Origin: Pseudomonas aeruginosa
GTDB lineage: Bacteria > Pseudomonadota > Gammaproteobacteria > Pseudomonadales > Pseudomonadaceae
Reading direction: 5' to 3'
NCBI RefSeq assembly: GCF_001457615.1
Contig: NZ_LN831024.1
Coordinates: forward strand, 810,001-842,000
Length of the DNA stretch: 32,000 nt
Both the position numbers and the translations under genes were made by a program. Positions 16,399 through 25,945 of this stretch are shown here, in pieces (position 1 is the first letter of the stretch; every line of letters begins with the position of its first letter). Under the pieces are notes generated by a model, which was given only the letters and a program-made list of their open reading frames with translations, searched no databases and was not told where the DNA came from.

Positions 16399-16520
16399 CT
16401 GCAGTGTCCTGGATGGCGGCGCAGGCAGGCCGTTGGCGCGACCGGCTGCGTTTCTTGTTTATGTGGGAAACCGGCGTAGGAATTCGCGGCGGGGCAAGTG
16501 TATGTAAATGTAAAAATGGA

Positions 16521-16539
16521 GTAAATGATAGAGATTATC
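16521..16539. promoter_or_regulatory. Fur-box-like site upstream of fpvB
   Basis: GTAAATGATAGAGATTATC matches GATAATGATAATCATTATC at 14 of 19 positions (manual alignment). It lies 123-141 nt upstream of the fpvB ATG in an AT-rich patch. Confidence 0.55.
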
Positions 16540-16740
16540 GTTATCAGCAGTATTCGCAGGAATCCGATGAACTGCGTCCTGCCAGCGGCTGACGGGGATT
16601 TCCGCTGGATACCTCCCGTGAAGGCCGTCTGGATTCGTGACTCCAGCGCAAATGAATTTGCTCGATTCGGGTCTTAATCGAAGAGATGTAAGCCGCCACA
16701 CTGCGCTTCATTCGAGCCATCCCGCCCACGGAGCGCAGCC

Positions 16741-17559
16741 ATGTCGTCCACCATCCACCCCCTCCCGTCCTTCGGTCTCGGCACCTTCCGCCTTACCGGC
16801 CAGGTCGTCGTCGACTCGGTGCGCAGCGCCCTCGAACTGGGCTATCGCGCCATCGATACCGCGCAGATCTACGGCAACGAGGCGGATATCGGCCGCGCGA
16901 TCGCCGAGAGCGGCGTACCGCGTTCCGAGCTGTTCCTCACCACCAAGGTCTGGGTCGACAACTACGCCCGCGAAAAGCTGCTCGCCAGCCTGCGCGAGAG
17001 TCTGGAGAAACTGCGCACCGACCGGTTGGACCTGGTCCTGATCCATTGGCCGGCACCCGGCAACGGCGTCGAGCTGGCGGAGTACATGGCGGCGCTGGCG
17101 GAAGCCAAGTCCCTGGGCCTGACCCGGCGGATCGGCGTCTCCAACTTCAACATCGAACTGACCCGCCAGGCCATCGCCGCGGTCGGTGCGGGCGAGATAT
17201 CCACCAACCAGATCGAACTCAGCCCTTACTTGCAGAACCGCGCGCTGACCGCCTACCTCGAGGAGCAGGGCATCGCGGTCACCTCGTACATGACCCTGGC
17301 CTACGGCAAGGTGCTGAAGGACCCGACGCTGGCCGGGATAGCCGCCAGGCACCGGGCCACGGTCGCCCAGGTGGCGCTGGCCTGGGCGATGCAACTGGGC
17401 TACGCGGTGATTCCGTCCTCGACCCGCCGCGAGAACCTCGCCAGCAACCTGCTGGCGCGCGACCTGCGCCTGGACGCCGAGGACATGGCGCGCATCGCCG
17501 GCCTCGAGCGTAACGGCCGCGAGGTCAGTCCGCAGGGCCTGGCGCCGGCCTGGGACTGA
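16741..17559 (+). CDS. dkgB: Aldo-keto reductase, 2,5-diketo-D-gluconate reductase B-like
   Basis: 272 aa, alignable along its whole length with E. coli DkgB as I recall it (FGLGTFRL ... [12 protein letters not shown] ... LIHWP ... [11 protein letters not shown] ... [10 protein letters not shown] ... VIPSST). Confidence 0.9.
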   Translation: MSSTIHPLPSFGLGTFRLTGQVVVDSVRSALELGYRAIDTAQIYGNEADIGRAIAESGVPRSELFLTTKVWVDNYAREKLLASLRESLEKLRTDRLDLVLIHWPAPGNGVELAEYMAALAEAKSLGLTRRIGVSNFNIELTRQAIAAVGAGEISTNQIELSPYLQNRALTAYLEEQGIAVTSYMTLAYGKVLKDPTLAGIAARHRATVAQVALAWAMQLGYAVIPSSTRRENLASNLLARDLRLDAEDMARIAGLERNGREVSPQGLAPAWD

Positions 17560-17608
17560 GAACCGCGTCGAGGGTCCGCCGCGCCGAGGCTCCGGTCGCG
17601 CGGCCGGT

Positions 17609-18067
17609 TCAGAGCTCGATGCGGTATTCGATCACCCCCGGCTTGTCCGCCACCCAGTCGTACAGGCGCTGCGCCCTGTGGTTGCTTTCCTGGGTATGCC
17701 AGTAGAGCCGCGCGCAGCGACGTTCCTCGGCCTGCCGGCGGACGTACTCGATCAACTGCTTGCCGATCTGCTGGCCGCGCACGTCGGGCGAGACATAGAG
17801 GTCTTCCAGGTAGCAGACGTCCTGTGCCGCCCAGGTCGAGCGGTGGTAGAGGAAGTTGACGATGCCATGCAGGCGGCTACCGTCGGTGGCCACGGCGCAG
17901 TGCATCGGTTCGCCCTCGTCGAAGAAGCGCCGCCAGGTGGCCTCGGTGGCCTGTGCCGAGAGTTCGACTTCATAGAACGCCTGGTAGGCCTTCCAGTATT
18001 CGAGCCACTGCTCGAAGTCCTCGTGTGCCACGGGGCGTACCGATACCAGTGTGTGCAGGGATTGCAT
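17609..18067 (-). CDS. GNAT-family N-acetyltransferase
   Basis: ATG at 18067 with GAAGGAAG upstream. The acetyl-CoA-binding motif A region is LYVSPDVRGQQIGKQLIEYV. The track ORF extension to 18175 is rejected. Confidence 0.85.
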   Translation of the reverse strand: MQSLHTLVSVRPVAHEDFEQWLEYWKAYQAFYEVELSAQATEATWRRFFDEGEPMHCAVATDGSRLHGIVNFLYHRSTWAAQDVCYLEDLYVSPDVRGQQIGKQLIEYVRRQAEERRCARLYWHTQESNHRAQRLYDWVADKPGVIEYRIEL

Positions 18068-18198
18068 CCAGTGCTTCCTTCTTTGGCTTGATGGGGCGAT
18101 CCGGCGGAGGCCGGGACCGAGGGTCTTGACCCGGCTGTTTTTATAGCCGCCTAATGGCTTGCCATACCCCACCAATTAGATAATCGAGGGCAGACCAT

Positions 18199-19689
18199 TT
18201 GTTCAGGCAGTCACTGCTCGAGTCGGTCAAGGCGCGCCTCCTCCATCCACAGCTCCAGGCCCTGCCGCTGCATGCGCGAATCCAGCGTGCGATCCGCCAA
18301 CTGATCCTCGACGGTGCGCTGGCGCCGGGCAATCCGTTGCCGGCCTCGCGGGCGCTGGCGCAGTCGTTGGGGGTATCCCGCGACACCGTCGAAGCGGCCT
18401 ATTCGCACCTGCATGCCGAGGGCTTCATCGAGCGTCGGGTCGGCAGCGGCAGCGTGGTCGCCGCGGCTACCCGGCTGTCCCCCGGCCGGCGCGGCGCGGG
18501 CGCTCCACGACGGGGCGGCGGCGCGCCGCGACTGAGCCGGCGTGGCGAGGCGATGCAGGCTGGCGGCGGGGTTCGCGAGCAGCTCGTCCCGCGCCCCTTC
18601 GCTCCCGGCGTGCCGGAGACCCGCACCTTTCCCCTGGCGACCTGGGAGCGCCTGCAGCGCCAGGTCCTCAAGGAATACGGCGCGCGCGCCCTGACCCATG
18701 GCGACCCGCAGGGTGCCGAACCGCTGCGCCAGGCGATCGCCGACTACGTCAACCTGGAGCGTGGCGCACGGGCCACGGCCGACCGGGTACTGGTGCTGAC
18801 CAGTTCGCAACAGGCGCTGGGTCTTTGCGCCAGCGTGCTGCTCGACGCCGGCGAGCGGATATTCGTCGAGGACCCGGCCTACTACGGCGCGCGCAAGGCC
18901 TTCGAGGCCGCAGGCCTGGAGTGCCTGCCGGTCCCGGTCGACGAACAGGGCCTGCGGCCCGAGCCGATCCTCGCCCAGCCGCAGGCGGCGCGGGCGCTGT
19001 GCCTGACCCCGTCGCACCATTACCCGACCGGCGTGACCCTGTCGCTGGAGCGCCGCCTGGCGCTGATCGAATGGGCGCAGCGGCAGCAGGCATGGATCAT
19101 CGAGGACGACTACGACAGCGAGTTCCACTACGCCGGCCGGCCCACCGCCTGCGTGCAAGGCCTGGACGCCCACGAGCGGACGCTCTACATCGGCACGTTC
19201 ACCAAGTCGCTGTTTCCCGGCCTGCGCATCGGCTACATGGTCCTGCCGCCGGCGCTGGTGGCGCCGATGACCGTCGCCCGCTCCCTGCAGGACGGGCACA
19301 ACGCCTCGCTGGCGCAACTGACCCTGGCGCGCTTCATCGCCGGCGGCCATTTCGGCGCCTATGTGCGCGGCATGCGCAATCTCTACGGCGAGCGCCTGGG
19401 ATTCCTCGCGGAGCGGGTGGGCAAGCGTCTGGGCGGCCTGGTCGAGCCGCGCGTGCCGGCCGGCGGGCTACAGATGCCCGGGCTGCTTTGCGCGGGAATC
19501 GACGAAACGCGCGCCATCGCGGCGGCATACCGCGCCGGTGTCGAGCTGGTCGGGCTCAGCGCCCTGCATCTCGCCGCGCCACCGCGAGCGGGTTTCCTGA
19601 TGGGCTTCGCCGCCTACACCACGGACGAGCTGGAGGCGGCGGTCGGGGTCCTCGCGAAGACCCTGCGCGGTTTGCGTGCGAATCCCTAG
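18199..19689 (+). CDS. MocR/PdxR-type GntR-family regulator with a fold-type-I aminotransferase-like domain
   Basis: The GntR wHTH is LPASRALAQSLGVSRDTVEAAYSHLHAEGFI. The large C-terminal aminotransferase-like domain has YIGTFTKSLFPGLRIGY, with a PLP lysine context. The start is a TTG and is uncertain. Confidence 0.85.
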   Translation: MFRQSLLESVKARLLHPQLQALPLHARIQRAIRQLILDGALAPGNPLPASRALAQSLGVSRDTVEAAYSHLHAEGFIERRVGSGSVVAAATRLSPGRRGAGAPRRGGGAPRLSRRGEAMQAGGGVREQLVPRPFAPGVPETRTFPLATWERLQRQVLKEYGARALTHGDPQGAEPLRQAIADYVNLERGARATADRVLVLTSSQQALGLCASVLLDAGERIFVEDPAYYGARKAFEAAGLECLPVPVDEQGLRPEPILAQPQAARALCLTPSHHYPTGVTLSLERRLALIEWAQRQQAWIIEDDYDSEFHYAGRPTACVQGLDAHERTLYIGTFTKSLFPGLRIGYMVLPPALVAPMTVARSLQDGHNASLAQLTLARFIAGGHFGAYVRGMRNLYGERLGFLAERVGKRLGGLVEPRVPAGGLQMPGLLCAGIDETRAIAAAYRAGVELVGLSALHLAAPPRAGFLMGFAAYTTDELEAAVGVLAKTLRGLRANP

Positions 19690-19704
19690 GCCGCCGGCAA
19701 GCGC

Positions 19705-20031
19705 TCAGTCGCGCAGGGCGTAGACGTAGGCATCGACCTGGGCGCCGTCGGCCAGCGTTACCCGGGTCGCCACGCGCCGGTATTCGGTGCCTTCGAATTC
19801 ATCCAGCGCGGGCCAGTGCTCGGCGAGGCGGTCGGAGACGAACACATGGCCGTGGATTTCCTCGCCGTCGGCGTCGATCGCCAGGCCCGGAAAGCCCATC
19901 CCGGCACCCCAGCCCTTTTCCAGCAGGCGACCGCGGAGGCTGGCCGCCTGCCATTGCCCGCCGATCTTCTGCATCAGGTGTTCGTTGGGACGGCCGGGGC
20001 CGAGGCTGCCGTAGACGAAGAGTCGCTGCAT
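19705..20031 (-). CDS. Gamma-glutamylcyclotransferase (AIG2/GGCT-like) family protein
   Basis: 108 aa. The N-terminal LFVYGSLGPG is the YGSL signature, followed later by ...EGTEYRR. It lies 61 nt downstream of the amidase gene on the same strand. Confidence 0.85.
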   Translation of the reverse strand: MQRLFVYGSLGPGRPNEHLMQKIGGQWQAASLRGRLLEKGWGAGMGFPGLAIDADGEEIHGHVFVSDRLAEHWPALDEFEGTEYRRVATRVTLADGAQVDAYVYALRD

Positions 20032-20092
20032 CGATAACTCCCTTGAACGGAAGAGCGTGGGCGCAAGACGCGAAGCCTTCCGCCCGCGCCTT

Positions 20093-21802
20093 TCACTTGC
20101 TTGCCAGCGGTGGAGTACGCGGCGGCACGATACGCCGCGAGCCGGTCGACTCGAAGGCCGCGGCGAAGCGCAGCAGCGCCGAGTCGTCGTAGGCGCGGCC
20201 GGCGAAGGTCAGGCCCACCGGCATGCCGATGTCGGCCATCACCCCCATCGGTACGGTGACCGTCGGCACGCCGAGGTGGCGGATGGCGAGGTTGCCGTTG
20301 GCGACCCAGACACCGTTGCTCCAGGCGATGTCGGCCGAGGCCGGGTTGACGTCGGCGTCCGCCGGGCCGACGTCGGCGACGGTGGGGAAGAGCACGGCGT
20401 CCAGGCGCAGGCGTCGCATCCACTCCTCGAGGTCGATCCGCCGGGTTTCCTCGAGGCCGCGCAGGCCATCGGGGAGGGTCGCGATCCGGTCCCAGGGCTT
20501 GATGCCGCGCTCGGCCATCCGCACGTATTCGTCCATGCCGGCGGCCAGGTCGCCCTCGCGGTTGGGCAGGGTGCCGGGGTCGTGGGGGAAGATCTGCGGG
20601 CCGTCGACATCCGCCAGGCGGTTCAGCTTCGGATCGCCATTGGCGCGCAGGAAGTCGTCGAAGCCCCAGGCCGAGAGTTCCCACAGCTCGTCGTGGAGGA
20701 ATTCCTTCGACACCAGGCCGCGGTTGAACACGGTGGGCGCGCCGGGTCGGTCGCCTTCGCAGTTCGACACCAGCGGGAAGTCCACCTCGATCACTTCGGC
20801 GCCGGCGGCTTCCAGGGCCTTGCGCGCCTGTTCCCAGAGGGCGATGACCGAGGGCCGGGTATGGATGCGCTGGCCGGTCGGGCCGCCGATCCCGGGGGAC
20901 TCGCTGGTGCCCGCATCGGGGTCGGCGTTGATGAACATGCGCGGCACGCCGAAGCGCTTGCCGGCCAGGGCCTCGGCGCCTGCGGCCAGGGCCGGGTAGC
21001 TCGCCGGGCGTACCTCGGAGGCCTTGGGGATCGGCACCCAGGGCTGCATGCGCCAGAGGTCGCCGCGGGTATCGGGATCGTCGGCGACCACTACGTCGAG
21101 GATTTCCAGCAGGTCGGCCATGCTCCGCGCATAGGGCACCACCACGTCCATGGTCGGCGTCAGCGGCCAGTTGCCGCGCACCGAGATCACCCCGCGCGAA
21201 GGGGTGTAGGCGCACAGGCCGTTGTTCGACGCCGGGCCGCGCCCGCTCGACCAGGTTTCCTCGGCCAGGCCGAAGGCGGCGAAGCTGGCCGCGGTGGCGG
21301 TGCCGGCGCCATTGGAGGACCCCGAGGCGAAGGGCGCGGTGAGGTAGGCGGCATTGTACGGGCTCTCCGCGCGGCCGTAGACGCCGCGCTGCATGCCGCC
21401 GTTGGCCATGGGCGGCATGTTGGTCTTGCCCAGGCAGATCGCCCCGGCGGCGCGCAGGCGCTCGACGGTGAAGGCATCGCGCTGGGCCACCAGGTCCTTG
21501 AACGCCGGGCTGCCGGAAGCCGCGGTGAGGCCCTTGACCAGGTAGCTGTCCTTGGCGGTGTAGGGAATGCCGTCCAGCGGACCGAGGGGCTCGCCACGCG
21601 CCCGTCGGGCGTCGGAGGCCTGCGCTTCGGCCAGCGCATCGGGATTGCGCACCACCACCGCGTTCAGCGCGGTGGGCGTGCCGGGTGCATCGTAGGCGTC
21701 GATCCGCGCCAGGTAGGCCTGGACCAGTTCGACCGCCGTGGTACGACCGGACTCGAGCGCGTCACGCAGCTCGGCGATGGAAACCTCGGTGACCTCGATC
21801 AT
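20093..21802 (-). CDS. Amidase-signature (AS) family amidase
   Basis: 569 aa with GIPYTAKD (catalytic Lys context) and the Gly/Ser-rich signature PFASGSSNGAGTATAA. There is no signal peptide. Confidence 0.9.
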   Translation of the reverse strand: MIEVTEVSIAELRDALESGRTTAVELVQAYLARIDAYDAPGTPTALNAVVVRNPDALAEAQASDARRARGEPLGPLDGIPYTAKDSYLVKGLTAASGSPAFKDLVAQRDAFTVERLRAAGAICLGKTNMPPMANGGMQRGVYGRAESPYNAAYLTAPFASGSSNGAGTATAASFAAFGLAEETWSSGRGPASNNGLCAYTPSRGVISVRGNWPLTPTMDVVVPYARSMADLLEILDVVVADDPDTRGDLWRMQPWVPIPKASEVRPASYPALAAGAEALAGKRFGVPRMFINADPDAGTSESPGIGGPTGQRIHTRPSVIALWEQARKALEAAGAEVIEVDFPLVSNCEGDRPGAPTVFNRGLVSKEFLHDELWELSAWGFDDFLRANGDPKLNRLADVDGPQIFPHDPGTLPNREGDLAAGMDEYVRMAERGIKPWDRIATLPDGLRGLEETRRIDLEEWMRRLRLDAVLFPTVADVGPADADVNPASADIAWSNGVWVANGNLAIRHLGVPTVTVPMGVMADIGMPVGLTFAGRAYDDSALLRFAAAFESTGSRRIVPPRTPPLASK

Positions 21803-22106
21803 GCTGTCACCGCCTGGCGAATGGAGACGGGGAGACCGTTAGCGACGCTCATCATCGTTCCTCTTGTTCTCTGCTTGCTGCGACGGGGGCCGCGAGGCGG
21901 CCGGGTCGATACAGGGGATGCAGTGTACATCCTGGCCGGCGCTCGCGGCTTCCCTGGCGGGGCGCGGCAACGGCCTCGCAGGTCCTGGCCAGTGTCTGGG
22001 GTTGCCGCCGAAGCGCGGCGTCGGAGAACGTCCGCGGGCTGTCGCCGGCCGCCGGCGAGGCGTAAGGTGCGGCGTCGGGGGGACCATTTCACACAGGGGA
22101 ATCGTC

Positions 22107-22823
22107 ATGACGAATCATCGTACCGCGCTGGTCACCGGCGCCACCCGTGGCATCGGCCTGGCCCTGGCCAGGCGCTTGGCGGCCTCCGGCTGGAGTGTAG
22201 TGGGCATCGCCCGCCATGCCAGCGACGACTTTCCTGGGCGTCTGCTGTGCTGCGACCTGGCCGATCCTGCGCAAACCGCCGAGACGCTGCGCGGATTGCT
22301 CTCGGAAAGCGCCGTGGATGCCTTGGTCAACAACGCCGGGATCGCCTTGCCGCAAAGCCTGGAGAACCTCGACCTGGCCGCTCTGCAACAGGTCTTCGAC
22401 CTCAACGTGCGGGTCGCCGTGCAGCTTGCCCAGGCCTGCCTGCCGGGGCTCAAGCGTTCGCCGGCGGGCCGCATCGTCAACCTGTGCAGCCGGGCGATCC
22501 ACGGCGCCCGCGAACGCACCGCCTACGCCGCGGCGAAGAGCGCGCTGGTCGGGGTGACTCGCACCTGGGCGCTGGAGCTGGCGCCGCTGGGCATCACGGT
22601 CAACGCGGTGGCGCCCGGGCCGATCGAGACCGAGCTGTTCCGCCAGACCCGCCCGGTCGGCGGCGAGGAGGAACGGCGGATTCTCTCGACCATCCCCATG
22701 CAGCGGCTCGGGCGGCCGGACGAAGTGGCCGCGCTGATCGAGTTCCTGCTCAGCGAGGGCGCTTCGTTCGTCACCGGCCAGGTGATCGGTGTCGACGGCG
22801 GCGGCAGCCTGGGCGGTCGTTGA
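22107..22823 (+). CDS. Short-chain dehydrogenase/reductase (classical SDR)
   Basis: ATG at 22107 with GGGGA upstream. Motifs [12 protein letters not shown] and YAAAKSA (YxxxK). The track ORF start at 21864 is rejected. Confidence 0.9.
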   Translation: MTNHRTALVTGATRGIGLALARRLAASGWSVVGIARHASDDFPGRLLCCDLADPAQTAETLRGLLSESAVDALVNNAGIALPQSLENLDLAALQQVFDLNVRVAVQLAQACLPGLKRSPAGRIVNLCSRAIHGARERTAYAAAKSALVGVTRTWALELAPLGITVNAVAPGPIETELFRQTRPVGGEEERRILSTIPMQRLGRPDEVAALIEFLLSEGASFVTGQVIGVDGGGSLGGR

Positions 22824-22832
22824 GGCCGGGGC

Positions 22833-23864
22833 TCAGATCCGGCGGCTGCGCAGCAGTAGCCAGAGCAGGTAGAAACCGCCGAGCAGGCCGGTCATCAGGC
22901 CGATCGGCAGGTTGGCGACGTATGCCAGGCGCTGGCCGAGCAGGTCGGCGGCCAGCAGCAGGACCGCGCCCATCAATGCGCCGGACAGCAACGGCACCCC
23001 GGCCGAGCGGGTCAGGCGCCGGGCCAGTTGCGGGCCGGCCAGGGCGATGAAGGCGATGGGGCCGGCCGCGGCGGTGGCGATGGCGGTCATGCCGACGGCG
23101 ACCAGGACCATCTGCAAGCGCACGCGCTCCACCGCCACGCCGAGCTGGGCGGCGCTGGCATCGCCCAGCTCCAGCACTTCCAGGCGACGACCGTGGTACA
23201 GCGCCAGCGGCACGCTGGCGAGCAGGCCCAGCGCTGCCGGGACGACGTGCGACCAGGTCCGGGTGTTCAGCGAGCCGGCCAGCCAGAGCTGGGCGTACAT
23301 CGCCTGGTCGAGGTTGCCGGTGACCAGCAGCAGGCTGTTCAGGCCCGACAGGCTGGCGCCGACACCGATGCCCACCAGCACCAGGCGGTAGCCGCCGGCG
23401 GTGGCGCCCCGGCGCGCCAGCAGCACCACCGCCAGCGCCGTGCAGAGGCCGGCGGCCAGCGCCGCCAGCGAGGTGGCCAGCGGGCCGGCATCGAACAGGA
23501 TGATCTGCACGATGGCGCCGCTGGCGGCGCCGGTGGTGAAACCGATGACGTCGGGCGAGCCCAGCGGATTGCGCGAGATCGACTGGAAGATCGCCCCGGC
23601 CATGCCCAGCGCGGCGCCGACCAGGCAGGCGGTGAGCACCCGTGGCAGGCGTACGCGCTGGACGATGCGCTGGGCGGTGGGGTCCTGGCCCTGGCCGAGC
23701 AGGCTGGCGAACACCTCTGCCGGGCCCAGCGCCAGGCTGCCGGTCCCCAGCAGCGCCGCCGCCAGCGCCAGCCCGACCCCCGCGAGGACCACGCAGGCCA
23801 GCGCCGCCCGTGGCCGCCAACGCAGCGACAGGGAGCCCAGGCGCAGGGCGTGGAGACCGTTCAC
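22833..23864 (-). CDS. fepG: Ferric-siderophore ABC transporter permease (FecCD family)
   Basis: This is the FecCD-type polytopic membrane part of track ORF 22833..24506. I place the start at the GTG at 23864, which overlaps the fepD stop as GTGA. The upstream 214 aa of the track ORF overlap fepD out of frame and are Arg/Pro-rich. The exact start is uncertain. Confidence 0.85.
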   Translation of the reverse strand: MNGLHALRLGSLSLRWRPRAALACVVLAGVGLALAAALLGTGSLALGPAEVFASLLGQGQDPTAQRIVQRVRLPRVLTACLVGAALGMAGAIFQSISRNPLGSPDVIGFTTGAASGAIVQIILFDAGPLATSLAALAAGLCTALAVVLLARRGATAGGYRLVLVGIGVGASLSGLNSLLLVTGNLDQAMYAQLWLAGSLNTRTWSHVVPAALGLLASVPLALYHGRRLEVLELGDASAAQLGVAVERVRLQMVLVAVGMTAIATAAAGPIAFIALAGPQLARRLTRSAGVPLLSGALMGAVLLLAADLLGQRLAYVANLPIGLMTGLLGGFYLLWLLLRSRRI

Positions 23865-24910
23865 AGGCGGCTCAGGCGGAAGCGCCTGACCAGGACGATG
23901 AAGGCCGGTCCGCCGAGCAGCAAAGCGACGATTCCGGCGGCGATCTCCGCCGGCGCCGCCAGCAGCCGCCCGAGGATGTCGGCGCCGAGCAGCAGGCCGG
24001 CGGCGATCAGCGCCGAGAAAGGCAGGATCCAGCGCTGGTCCGGTCCGGCCAGCAGTCGCGCGAGGTGCGGGGCGACCAGGCCGACGAAGGCGATCGGCCC
24101 GGCCAGGGCGGTCGCCGCGCCGGCCAGCAGCATCACCGCCAGGCAGGCGAGCAGCCAGGTCAGGCGCAGGTCGACGCCGAGCGCCCGGCCGATCTCCTGG
24201 CCCAGGGCCAGGGCATTGAGCCTGGCGGCGAGGGCGAAGGCGGCGGCCAGCCCGGCGCCGATGGCCAGGCCCGGCCATCCGAGCAGGGCGAAGCCGCTGC
24301 CGGAAAGCGAGCCGGCGGCCCAGTGGCGGAAGCGGTCGAAGACTTCCGGCGGGGCGTTCAGCACGATGATCCCGGTCAGCGAGGCGAGCATCACTGACAA
24401 GCCGGCACCCGCCAGCACCAGGCGCACCGGGTTGGTGCCGGTCTCGCGGGCCTGGCCGAGAAGGAATACGGCGATGCCGGCCAGGCCGGCGCCGAGGAAG
24501 GCGCAACCGAGGTACTGGCCCATGCTCGCCAGGTCGAACAGCGCGACCCCGACGATCACCGCCAGCGCCGCGCCGGCGTTGATCCCCAGCAGGCCGGGTT
24601 CGGCCAGCGGATTGCGCGTCAGCGCCTGCATCAGCGCGCCGGCCACTCCCAGCGCCGCGCCGGCCAGCAGCGCCACCAGGGTGCGTGGCAGGCGCAGTTC
24701 GCGTACCACCAGGTGGCGATCATCGTGCGGATCGACGGCTTGCAGGGCGTCCAGGGTGACCGCCAGGGGCACCGGCCGCGAGCCCAGCGCCAGGCTGGCC
24801 AGGGCCGCCAGCGCGAGCAGCAGCGCGCCGGCGAGCAGGCCCCAGGCGCGCAGGCGCCGGCGGCGCATCGGGGACGCCTGCATGAGCGGACTTCCGGCGA
24901 ACGGGCGCAT
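23861..24910 (-). CDS. fepD: Ferric-siderophore ABC transporter permease (FecCD family)
   Basis: 349-aa hydrophobic FecCD-family protein. The start could be ATG 24910 (3 nt after the fepB stop), 24883 (GGAAG 7 nt upstream) or 24868. Confidence 0.88.
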   Translation of the reverse strand: MRPFAGSPLMQASPMRRRRLRAWGLLAGALLLALAALASLALGSRPVPLAVTLDALQAVDPHDDRHLVVRELRLPRTLVALLAGAALGVAGALMQALTRNPLAEPGLLGINAGAALAVIVGVALFDLASMGQYLGCAFLGAGLAGIAVFLLGQARETGTNPVRLVLAGAGLSVMLASLTGIIVLNAPPEVFDRFRHWAAGSLSGSGFALLGWPGLAIGAGLAAAFALAARLNALALGQEIGRALGVDLRLTWLLACLAVMLLAGAATALAGPIAFVGLVAPHLARLLAGPDQRWILPFSALIAAGLLLGADILGRLLAAPAEIAAGIVALLLGGPAFIVLVRRFRLSRL

Positions 24911-24913
24911 GGC

Positions 24914-25819
24914 TCAGCGGAAATGGCGGGCGACGTTGTCGATCATCTGCCGTCCCGAGTAGTAGTCGATGCGGAAGGAACTGGGGCCCAGGGCGTACAC
25001 GCGCTTTTCGCGGACCGCCGACAGGTTGGCCAGCACCGGGTCGGCGAGGAACGCCTGCACGTCGTCGTCGCTGGCGCCGAGCAGGAACACGCTGTCGCCG
25101 GCGATGGCGGCGGGCAGGTTTTCCCGCGAGATGAACTGGAAGTCCGAGGCGCGCGTCACCTTGCCCGCCAGCGCCTCCGGCAGTTCCGCCACCTGGAAGC
25201 CGAGGGCCTCGAGCAGGCGTGCCTGGGGGCTGGCCTGGCGGCCGATGGAATAGCTGCCGGCGATGTTGTAGCCGACCACGCTGACCGGGCCCTGCGGCGG
25301 CGCGATGGCCGCGGCGACTTCGGCGGTGTAGGCGTCGAAGCGCTGGATGGCGGCCTGCGCCTGGCGTTCCAGGCCGGTGTGCCGGCCCAGCTCGGTAGCC
25401 AGTTCCTGCCAGCTGTGTTTCGAGTAGTCGACCACCAGCGTCGGTACGCCCTGCGCCTCCAGCTCCGCACGGTATGGCGCGGCGCTGTCGGCGCCGGTGG
25501 CGGAGGCGACCAGCAGGTCCGGATCCTGGGCGATCACCGCTTCGATGTCGAAGCGCAGGTTGCGGTAGAGCACCTCGACGCCACGTTGGTCGGCGACCTT
25601 CGCCCATTGCGAGAAGAAGCCCTTGGCGTCGGTCAGGCGACTGGGCGTGGTGGCGGCGCTGGCCACCAGCGGTGCGTCCATCGCCAGCAGGATGCCGGTG
25701 ACGCTCGGGGTGGTGGAGACGATCCGCGCCGGCTTCGGCTCCCCGGCCGCGGCGAGGGTGGCGAACAGGCTCAGGGCGAGGGCGAGTAACGGCAGGGCGG
25801 AGCGGCGGCGGGTCGGCAT
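24914..25819 (-). CDS. fepB: Periplasmic ferric-siderophore binding protein (cluster A-2 SBP)
   Basis: 301 aa with a Sec signal peptide (ALPLLALALSLFATLAAA), then RIVSTTPSVTGILLAM, typical of FepB/FhuD-like binding proteins. It is the first gene of a fepB-D-G run. Confidence 0.85.
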   Translation of the reverse strand: MPTRRRSALPLLALALSLFATLAAAGEPKPARIVSTTPSVTGILLAMDAPLVASAATTPSRLTDAKGFFSQWAKVADQRGVEVLYRNLRFDIEAVIAQDPDLLVASATGADSAAPYRAELEAQGVPTLVVDYSKHSWQELATELGRHTGLERQAQAAIQRFDAYTAEVAAAIAPPQGPVSVVGYNIAGSYSIGRQASPQARLLEALGFQVAELPEALAGKVTRASDFQFISRENLPAAIAGDSVFLLGASDDDVQAFLADPVLANLSAVREKRVYALGPSSFRIDYYSGRQMIDNVARHFR

Positions 25820-25859
25820 GAAGGCTGTTTTCGCTGTAGGGGAAGCCGGGCGGACGGAT

Positions 25860-25884
25860 TCATATGATAATGCTTCTCATGCAG
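25860..25884. promoter_or_regulatory. Fur-box-like site in the divergent fepB/fepC control region
   Basis: The 19-mer at 25860-25878 matches the Fur consensus at 13 of 19 positions. The register shifted by 6 nt (GATAATGCTTCTCATGCAG) matches at 12 of 19, with a perfect GATAATG. It sits in a 126-bp AT-rich gap. Confidence 0.5.
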
Positions 25885-25945
25885 TCTATTCCATAATGTA
25901 GAATCGATTCCACATATTCGAGCCATTCTTATCCAGGAACCTCCC

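Noticed and set aside
17560-17610. Terminator hairpin between the convergent dkgB and GNAT genes
   Set aside because: There are only 6-bp GC stems (GAACCG/CGGTTC and CCGCGC/GCGCGG) with large loops. That is not distinguishable from chance in DNA of this G+C content.
20057-23050. 997-aa plus-strand ORF, the longest in the track
   Set aside because: It runs antisense through the amidase gene, out of frame through the SDR gene and antisense into the 3' end of fepG. It is strongly Arg/Gly/Pro-biased with no domain signature. It arises because stop codons are scarce in high-GC DNA.
23865-24506. Upstream 214 aa of the 557-aa track ORF assigned to fepG
   Set aside because: This part overlaps fepD in another frame and is Arg/Pro-rich. 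FecCD permeases are about 330-350 aa, which matches a start at the GTG at 23864.
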